Of a stretch of 64,000 bases of DNA, positions 53,291 through 63,384 are shown one piece after another. This DNA comes from an uncultured delta proteobacterium (GTDB lineage Bacteria; Desulfobacterota; Desulfomonilia; UBA1062), in assembly GCA_963752595.1 (NCBI GenBank), contig CAVVYZ010000007.1:1-64000 (forward strand), written 5' to 3'. The position numbers and the translations under genes are program-made. Each line of letters begins with the position of its first letter. Position 1 is the first letter of the stretch. Under the pieces are notes generated by a model, which did no database searches, was not told the origin of the DNA, and saw nothing but the letters and a program-made list of their open reading frames with translations.

Positions 53291-53487
53291 AGTACCCTCA
53301 TTTCAAGCAATAAATCCATAAGGTTGGAATACCTATTCCTGTAACCTACCTGAATTCCCTTTTCAAGGGATATCGTACAAACATTATTCATCATGTCAAA
53401 GACCGATATCTCGCTTAAAATCAATATGTTCCATGATTCCTGTAACCCACCCCAGTTTCAGGGTGTTTTTTCAACTTCGATCAGGGC
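53291..53487 (-). promoter_or_regulatory. CRISPR leader
   Basis: ~200-nt non-coding, AT-richer segment between cas2 and the first repeat, containing a duplicated 16-nt motif. Confidence 0.8.
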
Positions 53488-53763
53488 TCACAAGATATAG
53501 ACTTCCGGCTCGCGGACAATCTCGCCTTTCCCGATAATCCGTGCCTCTTTCTCGCACCTTGCGCAGATGGTATAGATCCTGATGCTGTCTTCATCATCCG
53601 CAACCGCCCTCTCAAGGCGGCCTGCCAGCTCCGCAAGCAGCCCCTCGTCCATCAGGCACTCAAAGACACTGTAGTGGACCCTCTGCCCGTAATCAAGGAG
53701 GATCTTGGACACGGCAAGCCTCCTGCCGTCATCCGGGATATCGTATGAGACAACGTACAGCAG
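53488..53763 (-). CDS. cas2: CRISPR-associated endoribonuclease Cas2
   Basis: LYVVSYDIPDDGRR...YGQRVHYSVFEC...DSIRIY. In-frame CTG at 53763 after GGAGG. Confidence 0.93.
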   Translation of the reverse strand: MLYVVSYDIPDDGRRLAVSKILLDYGQRVHYSVFECLMDEGLLAELAGRLERAVADDEDSIRIYTICARCEKEARIIGKGEIVREPEVYIL

Positions 53764-53764
53764 G

Positions 53765-54760
53765 TCACACCTCCAGTTTGAACGGGTGGTAATCCGAACC
53801 CGTCTTCACGCACGAGGCAAGTTTCTCCGCCTGGGACCTGAAGCTCTTCCTCAGACTGGAAGCGGTCCCGGTTTCGGGATCGGTGAACTCCCTGGTGACG
53901 TTCTGCTCGTACTGGGCAAGGTATTTCATGAGGGGTGCCCTGTTCAAGTACACACCGCCCTTAGGGTTCTCATAGAAATCGTCCCTGCTGATCACCCGGT
54001 TGTTGATTAGAAACAGGGTGAAACGGTCGACCGAGGCCCTGAACTCTTCGATGAGGTCCGATGCAAGTGATGCCCTGCCGTACCTTACTTCGTGAAAATA
54101 CCCCAAGTAGGGATCGAAGCCGAGGCCGTCCAGGAGCGACATGATCTCGTTGAATACCAGGGTATACCCGAATGACAGCAGGGCGTTCACCGGGTCAGGC
54201 GGTGGGTGCTTCACCCTGCCATCAAACACATATTCCCCGAGGATCATCTTGCCGAAGGCGCTGAAGTATGACCTGGCAGCAGCGCCCTCTATGCCCATGA
54301 GGGTCTCGATGCCTTCGGCCTTCCCTGCCTCTTCCAGGCGAGTGCGCAGCATATCCATCACGTCATGCAACGGGATCTCGGAGTGGTTGTAGGAGAAGGT
54401 CCTCACGAGATTAAGGCCGTTGGTTATCTTGCCCTGCACGATGGTCCGGGAGATGCCGAGGCGGCAGCTCATGTCGAAGTACTTCTGGAACTGGAGAATC
54501 CTCAACTCGATATTCTTCGTGAACGGCGAGGTGAGCTGGCCGATGAGTCTGCCCGATCTTGTGAGGATCGCCATTTCGATACCTTGCTCGAAAAGCTCGT
54601 GCACGGCCTGGGTAGTGAACTGCACGTTGCCGAAGATCAGGACGGCGTCGATCTTGTTGCACGGCACGTCCAGCAGCACCTGGTCGTCCTTCTCCACGAT
54701 GATCCGGTTGCCGGTCTTCCTCAGCACCGAGCCCTGTTCCGTCAGGTAAAGATTCGCCAT
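53765..54760 (-). CDS. cas1: CRISPR-associated endonuclease Cas1
   Basis: LYLTEQGSVL, GIEGAAARSYF, DPVNALLSFGY, DPYLGYFH, LASDLIEEFR. Confidence 0.97.
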   Translation of the reverse strand: MANLYLTEQGSVLRKTGNRIIVEKDDQVLLDVPCNKIDAVLIFGNVQFTTQAVHELFEQGIEMAILTRSGRLIGQLTSPFTKNIELRILQFQKYFDMSCRLGISRTIVQGKITNGLNLVRTFSYNHSEIPLHDVMDMLRTRLEEAGKAEGIETLMGIEGAAARSYFSAFGKMILGEYVFDGRVKHPPPDPVNALLSFGYTLVFNEIMSLLDGLGFDPYLGYFHEVRYGRASLASDLIEEFRASVDRFTLFLINNRVISRDDFYENPKGGVYLNRAPLMKYLAQYEQNVTREFTDPETGTASSLRKSFRSQAEKLASCVKTGSDYHPFKLEV

Positions 54761-54784
54761 TGCCGCCGCCTTGTCAATTCACTT

Positions 54785-55857
54785 TCAATCAAAATCATGC
54801 GAATTCAACCCCTTGCCCTCTCTGCCGGCTTCGGTGGAGAGTGACATGGTTTTATTCTCCTCGCCCCCTGCCAAGGGGGAGAGGGCTGGATGAGGGGGAA
54901 ATTCCACGGTCGGCTGCACAAAGGTATTCCTACCCCTTTTTGATGCTATGTACTTCCGCATGTCCATCGTCGGGGGATAGTACAAGACCTTCTTCTTTTT
55001 CTTCACGGCATAATAAGGCTTCATGACCATGCTCCTGACGAACATGAGCCCGAGATAGGTGAACCCCCTGTCGAAGCTGACCACATCCTCCTCATCGAGT
55101 TGCAGGTGGAGCCGCTCCAAAACCTCTTTTGCAAGGTGAAGGGCCTCGGCAGCTTTTTTTTCTGATTTGCACAGTATGATGAAGTCATCGGCATACCGGA
55201 TGAGCCTGAAGCCTTTCTTCATGAGTGATTCATCGAGCTCGTCAAGAAACAGGTTCGCCAGGACGGGCGAAACGGGTGAACCCTGCGGTATGCCCTTTTC
55301 CATAACGGATATGTCCGTACCATCCCAAACCTCGGCGGATACCCATTGGCTGATCAGGCCGACGACATCTTCATCATGAATATACTTCCTGATTTTGCCC
55401 ATGAGCAGCCCATGATCGACACAGTCGAAGAAAGCATCGATATCGGCATCCACCACCCACTGGTATCCCTGGTCATAATACTCCTGTATGCGGAACACCG
55501 CCTGCCGGATAGACCGCCCCTTCCGGTACGCAAAGCTGCACTCCTCGAATTCCTTCTCCAGCAAAGGCTCGATGACGCCAAGCATAGCGCTCTGCGCCAC
55601 CCTGTCGCGCACTGTGGGGATACACAGCCCCCGCGCCTCGTTGTCCCCCTTATCCACCAGGATCTTGAGAAGAGGTAACGGCCTGTAGGTCTTCTTAAGG
55701 ATGTCCGATCCAAGGGCAGTCAGATTACGGTCAAGATGCCGCTCGAAGCGGGATATGGTTATCCCGTCCACCCCGGCAACGCCCTTGTTCTCCTTCACCC
55801 TGGCAAATCCGGAAACAGCGCGTCAAGGCTAGCGATTTCATCGAACAGGCTCGGCAT
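54785..55857 (-). CDS. CRISPR-associated stand-alone reverse transcriptase (group II intron-like RT domain)
   Basis: AGVDG, RGLCIPTVRDRVAQ, DADIDAFFD, GIPQGSPVSPVLAN, RYADD, FTYLG. No maturase or endonuclease domain. True start is likely MPSLFDEIA at 55857 with a 1-nt T-run loss near 55813. Confidence 0.93.
54856..54898. repeat. REP-like GC-rich palindromic element
   Basis: CCCCCTCATCCAGCCCTCTCCCCC...GGGGGCGAGGAGA on the minus strand, encoding PPHPALSPLAGGE in the RT tail. Confidence 0.5.
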
Positions 55858-56611
55858 CGGACCAGATCCTCTCGAAGTTATTTCGAAAAGCATCAAATGG
55901 ACTCAGGTAATCCTTGTTCTTCTTCATGATCACGACCGGCGAATCGATACCGCTGTTGCCCTTAGGGAAAATGCCGATATATGCCAGCTCGTCGTCTATA
56001 AAGTATGACCACCAGGGTGTTAACTCATCATAGAGCCGATTTCCATTCGGCCTTCTCTGTACTGGCGGGAGTTCTTTAATACGGCTAAAGCGCCCTTTAT
56101 CCGTTCTCCAGTTGCAACAGCCGCACCTCTATCTGTGTGAGTGCTTCCTGGGGAAGAGTATTTGAGGTAACCATTCAGGGCATACCCCATCCTGAATGAC
56201 TCTTGCATCTTAAGTCCCTTTGATCCCGGCTTCATGAGAAGTAGGCGATAGTTCTCGATAGACCCCTTATCGAGCCATGACCGGAGAAGTTCAAGAATGG
56301 TATCCGTGCTCACCCCGAGGTAGGAAAAAGACCGATTGGCCATGTCCCACACCCGAGGATTATCTTCCAATGGAAAGCTGTAATAATACCCGTTGATGCC
56401 GGAGAACAAGAAACTTGATAAGCCTTTGATTCCTTATCCAGAGGATCAATGAGAGTACAAGCAGAATCACTACAAAGGAAACGGAGAAGGTGACCAGAGG
56501 AGAACGAAAATTGATGGACACCAAACCTGAGACAATGAGTGAGATGATAAGGTTTATAGAGAGATCTCTTACCAGACCATGGAGGGTTATCAATCTTTTC
56601 TCGATCTTCAT
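55838..56611 (-). CDS. Uncharacterised 2TM + DUF5919-like protein inside the cas operon (two or more indels)
   Basis: Joining 56360..56611, 56020..56409 and a third frame gives 2 TMs, then YLGVS...RLLLMKPGS...EIRLYDELTPWWSYFIDD...DSPVVIM...FRNNFERIWSDA*. Confidence 0.7.
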
Positions 56612-57549
56612 GGAGCTACCTCAAACACCCAATTTTCTTTCAATGCCATTGGTTGCCCGCTTTCTTTAGATATAACTGATCCGGGCACCCAACAGAACTG
56701 GGCATCAGTAATATGCTGACCAGCGCCACGTTTATCCGCAGTATCTCGCCATTCCCGGCCCACCAGAGGCTCGATGTCGCCCTTGAGTGAGCATCCTGCA
56801 TTGAGAAGAAAATGCCCGGGGATCGGGCTATTATCATTAATTGTGATCTTCGGGTGTTTTCCATCAGTCTTCATGGGGAATCCGAAGAAGTCTTCAGGAT
56901 CAGGCTGTGAGTTGTGTAGGATGAGGTGACCCCATCCATATTTCCTATCACCACCTATATGGATCTCTGAAACGTAATGCTTAAGACATATTTTCTCGCT
57001 GTCCCATCCCGCCCTACATCCCTTTAGAGTAAGGTCCTCTCGTAAGAAGACATATCCTACAAAATACACATCACGCTGTTCACCGTAGAACAAAACCTTC
57101 GGAACTATGAATTCTGATTCATGCAGGCTTGCGTCCTCTGCGGTGTCGGTATCCGGGAGTATTGCTGTCTGCCCATAGGAAGAAATGAACGCCTGCTGAA
57201 AATTCTCCTCGGGCATAGAGTCTGACGCTCTGTAGTTTATTGGAGTTGATGTGTATTGTAGGCCCTCATCCGTAAAAACAGGGAGATACGATATGTATGT
57301 TCCATCAGGTTCTTTCAGCGAAGGGTAGAAATAGCTGGGAATTACCTGTTTGCCCAACTCTGCACCGATAACATGATAATCCGAGGTACCTGGTGAACCG
57401 ATAGCCCTTGTCAGATTGGCGGTGAACACGGCCCACATATTTTTCCCTGGGATATAGGATCGGGTTCGGTTTACATACCCAAGGGTGCTCCAGCCGATAT
57501 GCACCGGGCTCTTAGCTTCATAGATTAGCTTATAGGCCTTCCAGTACAT
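56608..57549 (-). CDS. cmr3: Type III-C RAMP, Cas5 group (Cmr3)
   Basis: SPVHIG, RTRSYIPGKNMW, SLHESEFI, IGGDRKYGWG, WVPGS. Last effector gene of the operon. Confidence 0.75.
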   Translation of the reverse strand: MYWKAYKLIYEAKSPVHIGWSTLGYVNRTRSYIPGKNMWAVFTANLTRAIGSPGTSDYHVIGAELGKQVIPSYFYPSLKEPDGTYISYLPVFTDEGLQYTSTPINYRASDSMPEENFQQAFISSYGQTAILPDTDTAEDASLHESEFIVPKVLFYGEQRDVYFVGYVFLREDLTLKGCRAGWDSEKICLKHYVSEIHIGGDRKYGWGHLILHNSQPDPEDFFGFPMKTDGKHPKITINDNSPIPGHFLLNAGCSLKGDIEPLVGREWRDTADKRGAGQHITDAQFCWVPGSVISKESGQPMALKENWVFEVAP

Positions 57550-57550
57550 T

Positions 57551-57931
57551 TTATACATCCTCTTTTTTAGCCAAGGCATAGCGCGCAAAGATAAGGACGC
57601 GCTCCAAGAGTTCTTTTGCATGCAGGACTTGATCGAGATCTTCAAAGAGTTGATCTTTCAAAGTGTTGATCATGTTTTTCATGTCTGGTTTACTATTCGA
57701 CACAACAGGACTTATGATTTGGCGTTCTGAAAGAAAATTCATCAGGATGGATGCAGTTTCATTGGCACATAGCCTTTCATTTCCTGTCCGTGAAAGGAGA
57801 TAAAGAAACAGGGCATAGATGCCGTCCTCTTGGAGGACACCCAGTGCTCTGGTAATGAGATTCTCCGTTATGTTTTCTACACGAGCAGCCTCTGAACCCG
57901 TCTGTGCACACACCATGTCAAGATGTTCCAT
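57551..57931 (-). CDS. cmr5: Type III small subunit (Cmr5/Cas11)
   Basis: 126-aa helical protein, ITRALGVLQEDGIYALFLYL, LERVLIFARY. Follows cmr4. Confidence 0.8.
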   Translation of the reverse strand: MEHLDMVCAQTGSEAARVENITENLITRALGVLQEDGIYALFLYLLSRTGNERLCANETASILMNFLSERQIISPVVSNSKPDMKNMINTLKDQLFEDLDQVLHAKELLERVLIFARYALAKKEDV

Positions 57932-57935
57932 ATCT

Positions 57936-59114
57936 TTACCTCCCGAGATTGAGGATTTTCACCCGACCCATGCCACGTGTGTTCATACCGCCGACACCGA
58001 GAGAGGCAAGATACCCAAGACCTTTTTCCACGTAATGTGCCATGAACCAGAGTTGATCTTCTTTGACGGTGAGCGGATCTTCATAGCCATCAGGTTTAGG
58101 CAAGTTGATCTGCTGTGTGCCTTTTACACGGAAGAAATCCGGGTTACTGTAGAACACGTCAAACCAGAGCAACGTTGCCCGGGGAATAGCTTCATAGGTG
58201 AAGAGCGCCCCATCCGCAGCGGTTCCGGTAGTAGGATCTATGGCAACTGATGTGCGTACCTCAAGGTTGTCATTGACGATCCGGGTGAAGATTTTATTAG
58301 GTACGACAAAAGCCTTCTCTTTAATTTCATTTATGGCTGCCCCAGATGCCGTTGTAGAAAACTGAGAAAAATCAACTGTGCAGGGATCGCCAGAACCTGG
58401 CTCCAGCATGAGCCATCCGAAATTCAAAGGCTTGCGATAAGGGTTATTGATGGCCTTGAAGGTGTCTCCTTCAATCCGGCAATCACTGCAACCAAATTCT
58501 GATAAGATAGACTCGCTCGTAATCCACACCGGACCGATCATGGTATGGACAGGAAAGAAAATTATCCGTGCATCGGAAAACTGGGTGAGACCCTGGAAAC
58601 TATTGTTTGGATGCGAGAACCCATAGGAAATGCACACCGCGCAATCGGACTCTCCGCAATGTCCCGTGCCATTACCGCCACCCTTGCCAGCGCAACTAGC
58701 AAACTTTTCTTTAGTGGAGGGAGGGTCATTTTCATACAAAGGTGCGCCATCTTTATGCTCTACAATTACCCTATTTTCATTAACAAACGAGATGTTTTTA
58801 TCATCAGAACGTATGAATTGATATGACGGTCTCAGATACTTGCACTTCTTATAGGTCGTAAAGTTAATAGTATGATCTTCTCTGATTGCTTCAATTTCCA
58901 CATCGGACTGGAGGGCAAGCGCTGTAAATGTCCTTGCCACCCCGGCAATGCTCGAGCCCGGCACTTTGGGTAGGTTTGTTCCCGGCTCCCGTACGATGGT
59001 GTTGTCCACCCTGCCAAGCCGGTACCCGCCAGTCCCGACATGTACCGGGTCAAGAGTCAGAGCGTAATAAGTCTTTTTTTCAAACGGCTTTCCCATGTCA
59101 TAAACCTCCATCAT
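57936..59114 (-). CDS. cmr4: Type III RAMP backbone Cmr4 (Cas7)
   Basis: LDPVHVGTG, IVREPGTNLPKVPGSS, VRTSVAIDPTTGTAADGALFTYEAIP, GVGGMNTRGMG. Confidence 0.93.
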   Translation of the reverse strand: MMEVYDMGKPFEKKTYYALTLDPVHVGTGGYRLGRVDNTIVREPGTNLPKVPGSSIAGVARTFTALALQSDVEIEAIREDHTINFTTYKKCKYLRPSYQFIRSDDKNISFVNENRVIVEHKDGAPLYENDPPSTKEKFASCAGKGGGNGTGHCGESDCAVCISYGFSHPNNSFQGLTQFSDARIIFFPVHTMIGPVWITSESILSEFGCSDCRIEGDTFKAINNPYRKPLNFGWLMLEPGSGDPCTVDFSQFSTTASGAAINEIKEKAFVVPNKIFTRIVNDNLEVRTSVAIDPTTGTAADGALFTYEAIPRATLLWFDVFYSNPDFFRVKGTQQINLPKPDGYEDPLTVKEDQLWFMAHYVEKGLGYLASLGVGGMNTRGMGRVKILNLGR

Positions 59115-62100
59115 TCATTGATCTTCTCTTTGAGTATCCCGTTAAAGAGATCCAGAGTGTCGAAGAATGTACCATCCTTCAGGGTTTTCTCCAGGCTGCC
59201 CAGGTGCTTCGGGCCGAATTCCTTCAGGATCGATGCCTTCACAAAATCAATCCAGGCCTGCTTTGCTGGTTCATTTTCCATCGTATCCGAACAACCCCAT
59301 TCCTTGAATTTTGTACTCCAGAGAGACTGGAGATTCTTTATTTTGGTGTCGGTGACATCCACCAATCCAGTCCCTTTGATAAGGTCTTTCCATAGATGCA
59401 TGATCCTCTGGGGCAGTTCTTCGAGAAAGTAAGGCCGCGAGGGTATTGCGATAACACTCGATAACCTTCTGTCCGTTTTATCGAGAACGAGGTCATGCCG
59501 TCGGATGGTGGCGTCAAGATATTCGAAATCATAGTAGTTAGGGTAGATGGTGAGTGTATCCTCTTCTTGTATCTTGGAGAAGTGTATCACGTCACCAGAG
59601 CTTGATGAAAAGAAGGTATCCCGGTCTTTCAAGGAACCCTTACCTTTTTCGATGAGCATGTAGGGATGATAGAAGTCTTCATCCTCGTTGCCGAGACTGG
59701 TGGGCAGGTCCCAATAATATGATCTCAATTGATCTGCAACCGACGCTTCAACAGTGAGCCGAATGGGATTATGATCCATCGTTTTCACACACACGTTGAG
59801 AGACTCGCTGGAAAGTTTATTGAAGTTGCGAGACATTCTTCGTGCCGCGTCAAGCACGATAAACATGGGTATGTCCCTGGGGAAGAAGATGTTTCCAATG
59901 CTGTACGGGAGTCGCCCTGTCACTTTGCCGAAAGTATCCATATACTTTTGATGCATCTGGTTTGAGATCTCCACGGCTTTATTCGCAGGGACAATGGCGG
60001 CAAAAAAATTGGGAGAAGCGGTAATGATCCGATATGGCGAGAATTCAATGCCAGCGGTGCATTCACTTACCTGGAATACTTGATTGGTCCCTATGAGACG
60101 CACCGTAGTATTTACCCATTCATTGTGCGAGCGTTCCGATTCAAAGATCTCGCCAATCACCTCAAAAGTAGAATTGTCTTTCTGGAGAAGTTCTATTTTC
60201 TTCCCAGAGGGTAGAACCGCCGCCTCAAGCGTGCCGCCCTCTGATTGAATATTGATAGGTTCATTGGACTTAATTGTAAGCCGATTCCTTACACCAAGGT
60301 CGCCCAAAGAGATCAGGCTCGTCCTGAACTCCTCATAAAAGTCCTGTGTGGTGTTCCATACATCCAAGATTGTGGATGGTGTGGGTGTCTTTGCACATAA
60401 AAGGGTTTCCAGGTTGATAGTGGGCTGTCCTTTTTTAATACGTTCCAATGTCTCTCTGGTTTCCTCAATTTTTCTATTCTTTAAGACTGCTCCATTCACG
60501 GCTCTCCGGTCGTAGAGGAAGGAGACATGGTGTGCACGCTTCTCGTCCTTTCCTGGCGTACGGAGTGCTTCAATGTCGGCCTTTATCCTGGCGAATTTGA
60601 ATTCGCCCAAGTTGGCCTTGTTGTCATCGAAATATTGTTTTATTCCCTGCTCTTCATCCTTGAACTGCTTGACCTTGCCCAGGTAGTTGATTTCCTGCTC
60701 AATGCCGTGTGCCTCTGTGACGAAAAGGGTTCTAATCATATCCCCTTCCAACCACTTCTCTATGCCAAAGCAGGAAATTATTAGGGCGGCCCTTCCATTC
60801 TTGTCCACGATTTCATCAATGAACACAGTCTGGTTGTTCTGCCCGGTAGCCCCCCCAGAGTTTGACCGGCGTTTTCTACATGTTTTACAGATTTTTTTCT
60901 TCTCCTCTTCGTCCTCCACCGATCTCAGCCCACAGATGGGGCATATTGTTTTTCTTGTCGCAAATGCACATATATCTTTCTCAAAGAATCGAAATCCAAG
61001 TTCCGAACTGTCAAATCGATACGATGTTTTTTCTTCAACTGAATTATTGCATCAACGATTGAGGTAAGCGTGCACGTCTCGTGAACATGAACGATGTGAG
61101 GCTGAAGCTCGCACGAGGATATCTTTGCCGCTTCTTGATAGATGGCGCTTTCGAGTTCTTTCCATCTCGGCTCAAGTCGTTCGGGCGTTCTCATAGGAAC
61201 TATGAAGTAAATCCCATTGTCATCGTTGTATATCTCGTTCCCGACAGGATAGTCATATTCGATTAACTCTTTGATCTTGTCCTTAATTTTCTCGATAACT
61301 TGCTTACGGCCGACGATATCGCCGATCTTGTGTCCGCCGGAGTAAAACCGCATCCCATCCCAGCCGATACCGAGGATGCCGAATTGGACATCTAGAAACC
61401 CTTGAATAGGGTTTTCCCCTTGCTGACGCAGTAAATTATGAACAGCAATCACCTTGAGAATAGAGGACACGGCATAGCTGTGCTCCCAGAGTGTGGTGTC
61501 GTTTTGAGGGCGCAAGGTATCTGCAAGACCCAGGGTAAAGAAGGTTCTGATGTGCTGAAAGACATCAGCGCGTGTTATACATGCAAAGTTGTTCAGATCA
61601 GTTGGGGAGATCTTTATCAAGTGCTAGATAAAGCTTTTCTCGCGGCTTCTCCATACTGACAGGGGGTACTTCATGAATCCGATCCTCGAAGCCGAAGACA
61701 TTGGATCTGTAGACCTTCTCCCGTTGCTCAGCACTATACAAGGGGTTATTACGATCAATGGAGGAGTCCACTCCATCCGCCGCATAGAGCATGTTAGTAA
61801 TAAACCCTTTGTCTAGTTTCGTATGCTCATGAACAGCCTTGGTTATTGAAAAATCAGCCTCACCAAAAGGGTCTTTAATAATGGATGTGATAGGTTTGTC
61901 GAACAATGCTCTGACCTGGGAAGGAAGTGCCTTATCATGTGAGAGATATTCATTCTCGTGGGGGTCTTCATGGTAGCCGTTTTCTTTATCGTGCCAGTTC
62001 TGGCGGTATTCCAGGAAGGTTGGCTGAGTTTGCCAATGTCATGTAGCAGACCAGCAAGTTCGATAAAAAGAATGGCGTTACGGTTCTCTTTGAGCGTAAG

Positions 62101-62115
62101 TGTCTGATTATCCAT
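59111..62115 (-). CDS. cas10: Type III-C large subunit Cas10 (Csx11), split by about three indels
   Basis: LAGLLHDIGKL (HD), SNVFGFE, LADTLRPQNDTTLWEH, CPICG...CKTC, VFIDEIVDKNGRAAL, KTPTPSTILDVW, FGKVTGRLP, DFEYLD. Confidence 0.88.
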
Positions 62116-62116
62116 T

Positions 62117-63384
62117 TTATGTCCTCCAAGAAGAGGCCAGTTCCTCCACTATTTGCAGCAGATGAGAAAAACTAACAAATTTTTTTACTGTGATGGGATT
62201 AGGTACAGAACTTTCTTTCTCTTTTTGCTTCTGGAACCATGCTTGATAGAGGCCTGTTGCTTTTGATACTCGTTATACGCTTCACGTGCCTTTTTATAAG
62301 ACTCCCCTTGTGATGCACTATGAGCCTTCTTCCATTCCTTCGTCTTAAGGATGAAGTCCTCATTGGGATATGTTAATCGGAATAACCGCACAATCTCTGG
62401 TTCATGAGGTTCTTCGATCTCAGGGATAGTATCTTTGGGATCCGGGTTATGAACGTTCAATACTCCACTACTGTTAAGTTTATCTTGTGCAAGCCCGAAC
62501 ATATCACCGGTTTTGGCACCAAAGCCGTATTCCAGAAACATGGAACGCAGGGCCTTGACTATCATAACAAGGTCATCTGCCATCTCTCGTAGAATCAAAT
62601 ATGAGGGTTTACCCATCAAGTCGACAGGAATATAGAGCAGGCTGAAAACCCCGCAAGCACCAGCAGGTACGCTCTCAAAGACAATGGGGTTCTTGCCTGC
62701 TTTTGGATTTCCTGTCATGCGGATTAATCACTTCCAAACTAATCTCATTAAAGAATGTGGGGAAAAAGTAAAGACGGCCCTTGTGGAGGTCTTTTTCTTC
62801 CCCCTTGTCGTTTCCAAACAGCATCTCCTCCGGGTATGGTGAGCCAATCGACTTCTGTCTTGAGCTATAATCCTTTGGCATGACGGATGAACGGAGGCAT
62901 CCTTTCCATGTACCAGAGACCATGGGTACATTGAAGATCTTCTCCTTCTTTATCGGGTTGTCGCAGATATGAAAAAGATCGTCATCGTGTGAGAGATAAG
63001 GGGTAGCGAGTTTGAATGGGATGCTGAGGAAGAAAGTGTAGCGTGGCAACTCCAAAACATCAACAAGTGCATTATGGGCGTTATGCTCGTTAAAGTTCCC
63101 CATGGTTTCGGCGATGCCAAGGTTATGGATCTTCAACAAGTCCTCTTTGATCGAAGAATTGCAGATTCCCATCTGTAGTAGTTGCTTGAATCCTTTGACA
63201 TCACGTATATCTTTTCACCCCTCGCATGAGTTTTTATGCTGTCTCCTTTCAATAGGCACTGACTAAGGAGTTTGCACCTCACGTACCAGTCCTCCACGGA
63301 TGTAAAGTCACCTTCTCCTTTCACACAAAAGTCGACCTCATCAGTGGTGGAAATAAGATGGTCTGCATAAAAATCACATTTCAT
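62117..63384 (-). CDS. cmr6: Type III-C RAMP Cmr6 (frameshifted)
   Basis: FKLATPYLSHDD, WKGCLR, LFGN, GRLYFFPTFF, LEVINPHDR, PIVFESVP, YGFGAKT. Confidence 0.8.

Noticed and set aside
54785-55857. RT as a group II intron, retron or DGR
   Set aside because: No maturase/En domain or visible intron domain V, no retron VTG motif, and no TR/VR pair or avd gene. It is adjacent to cas1.
14638-63384. Widespread frameshifts (TMTC-3, GT2, GT4s, wzx, RT, 2TM gene, cas10, cmr6) as pseudogenisation or programmed frameshifting
   Set aside because: They are single-base indels, often in short homopolymers, spread over unrelated genes that retain intact motifs and lack in-frame nonsense decay. Long-read error is more parsimonious. 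Polishing is needed to be sure.
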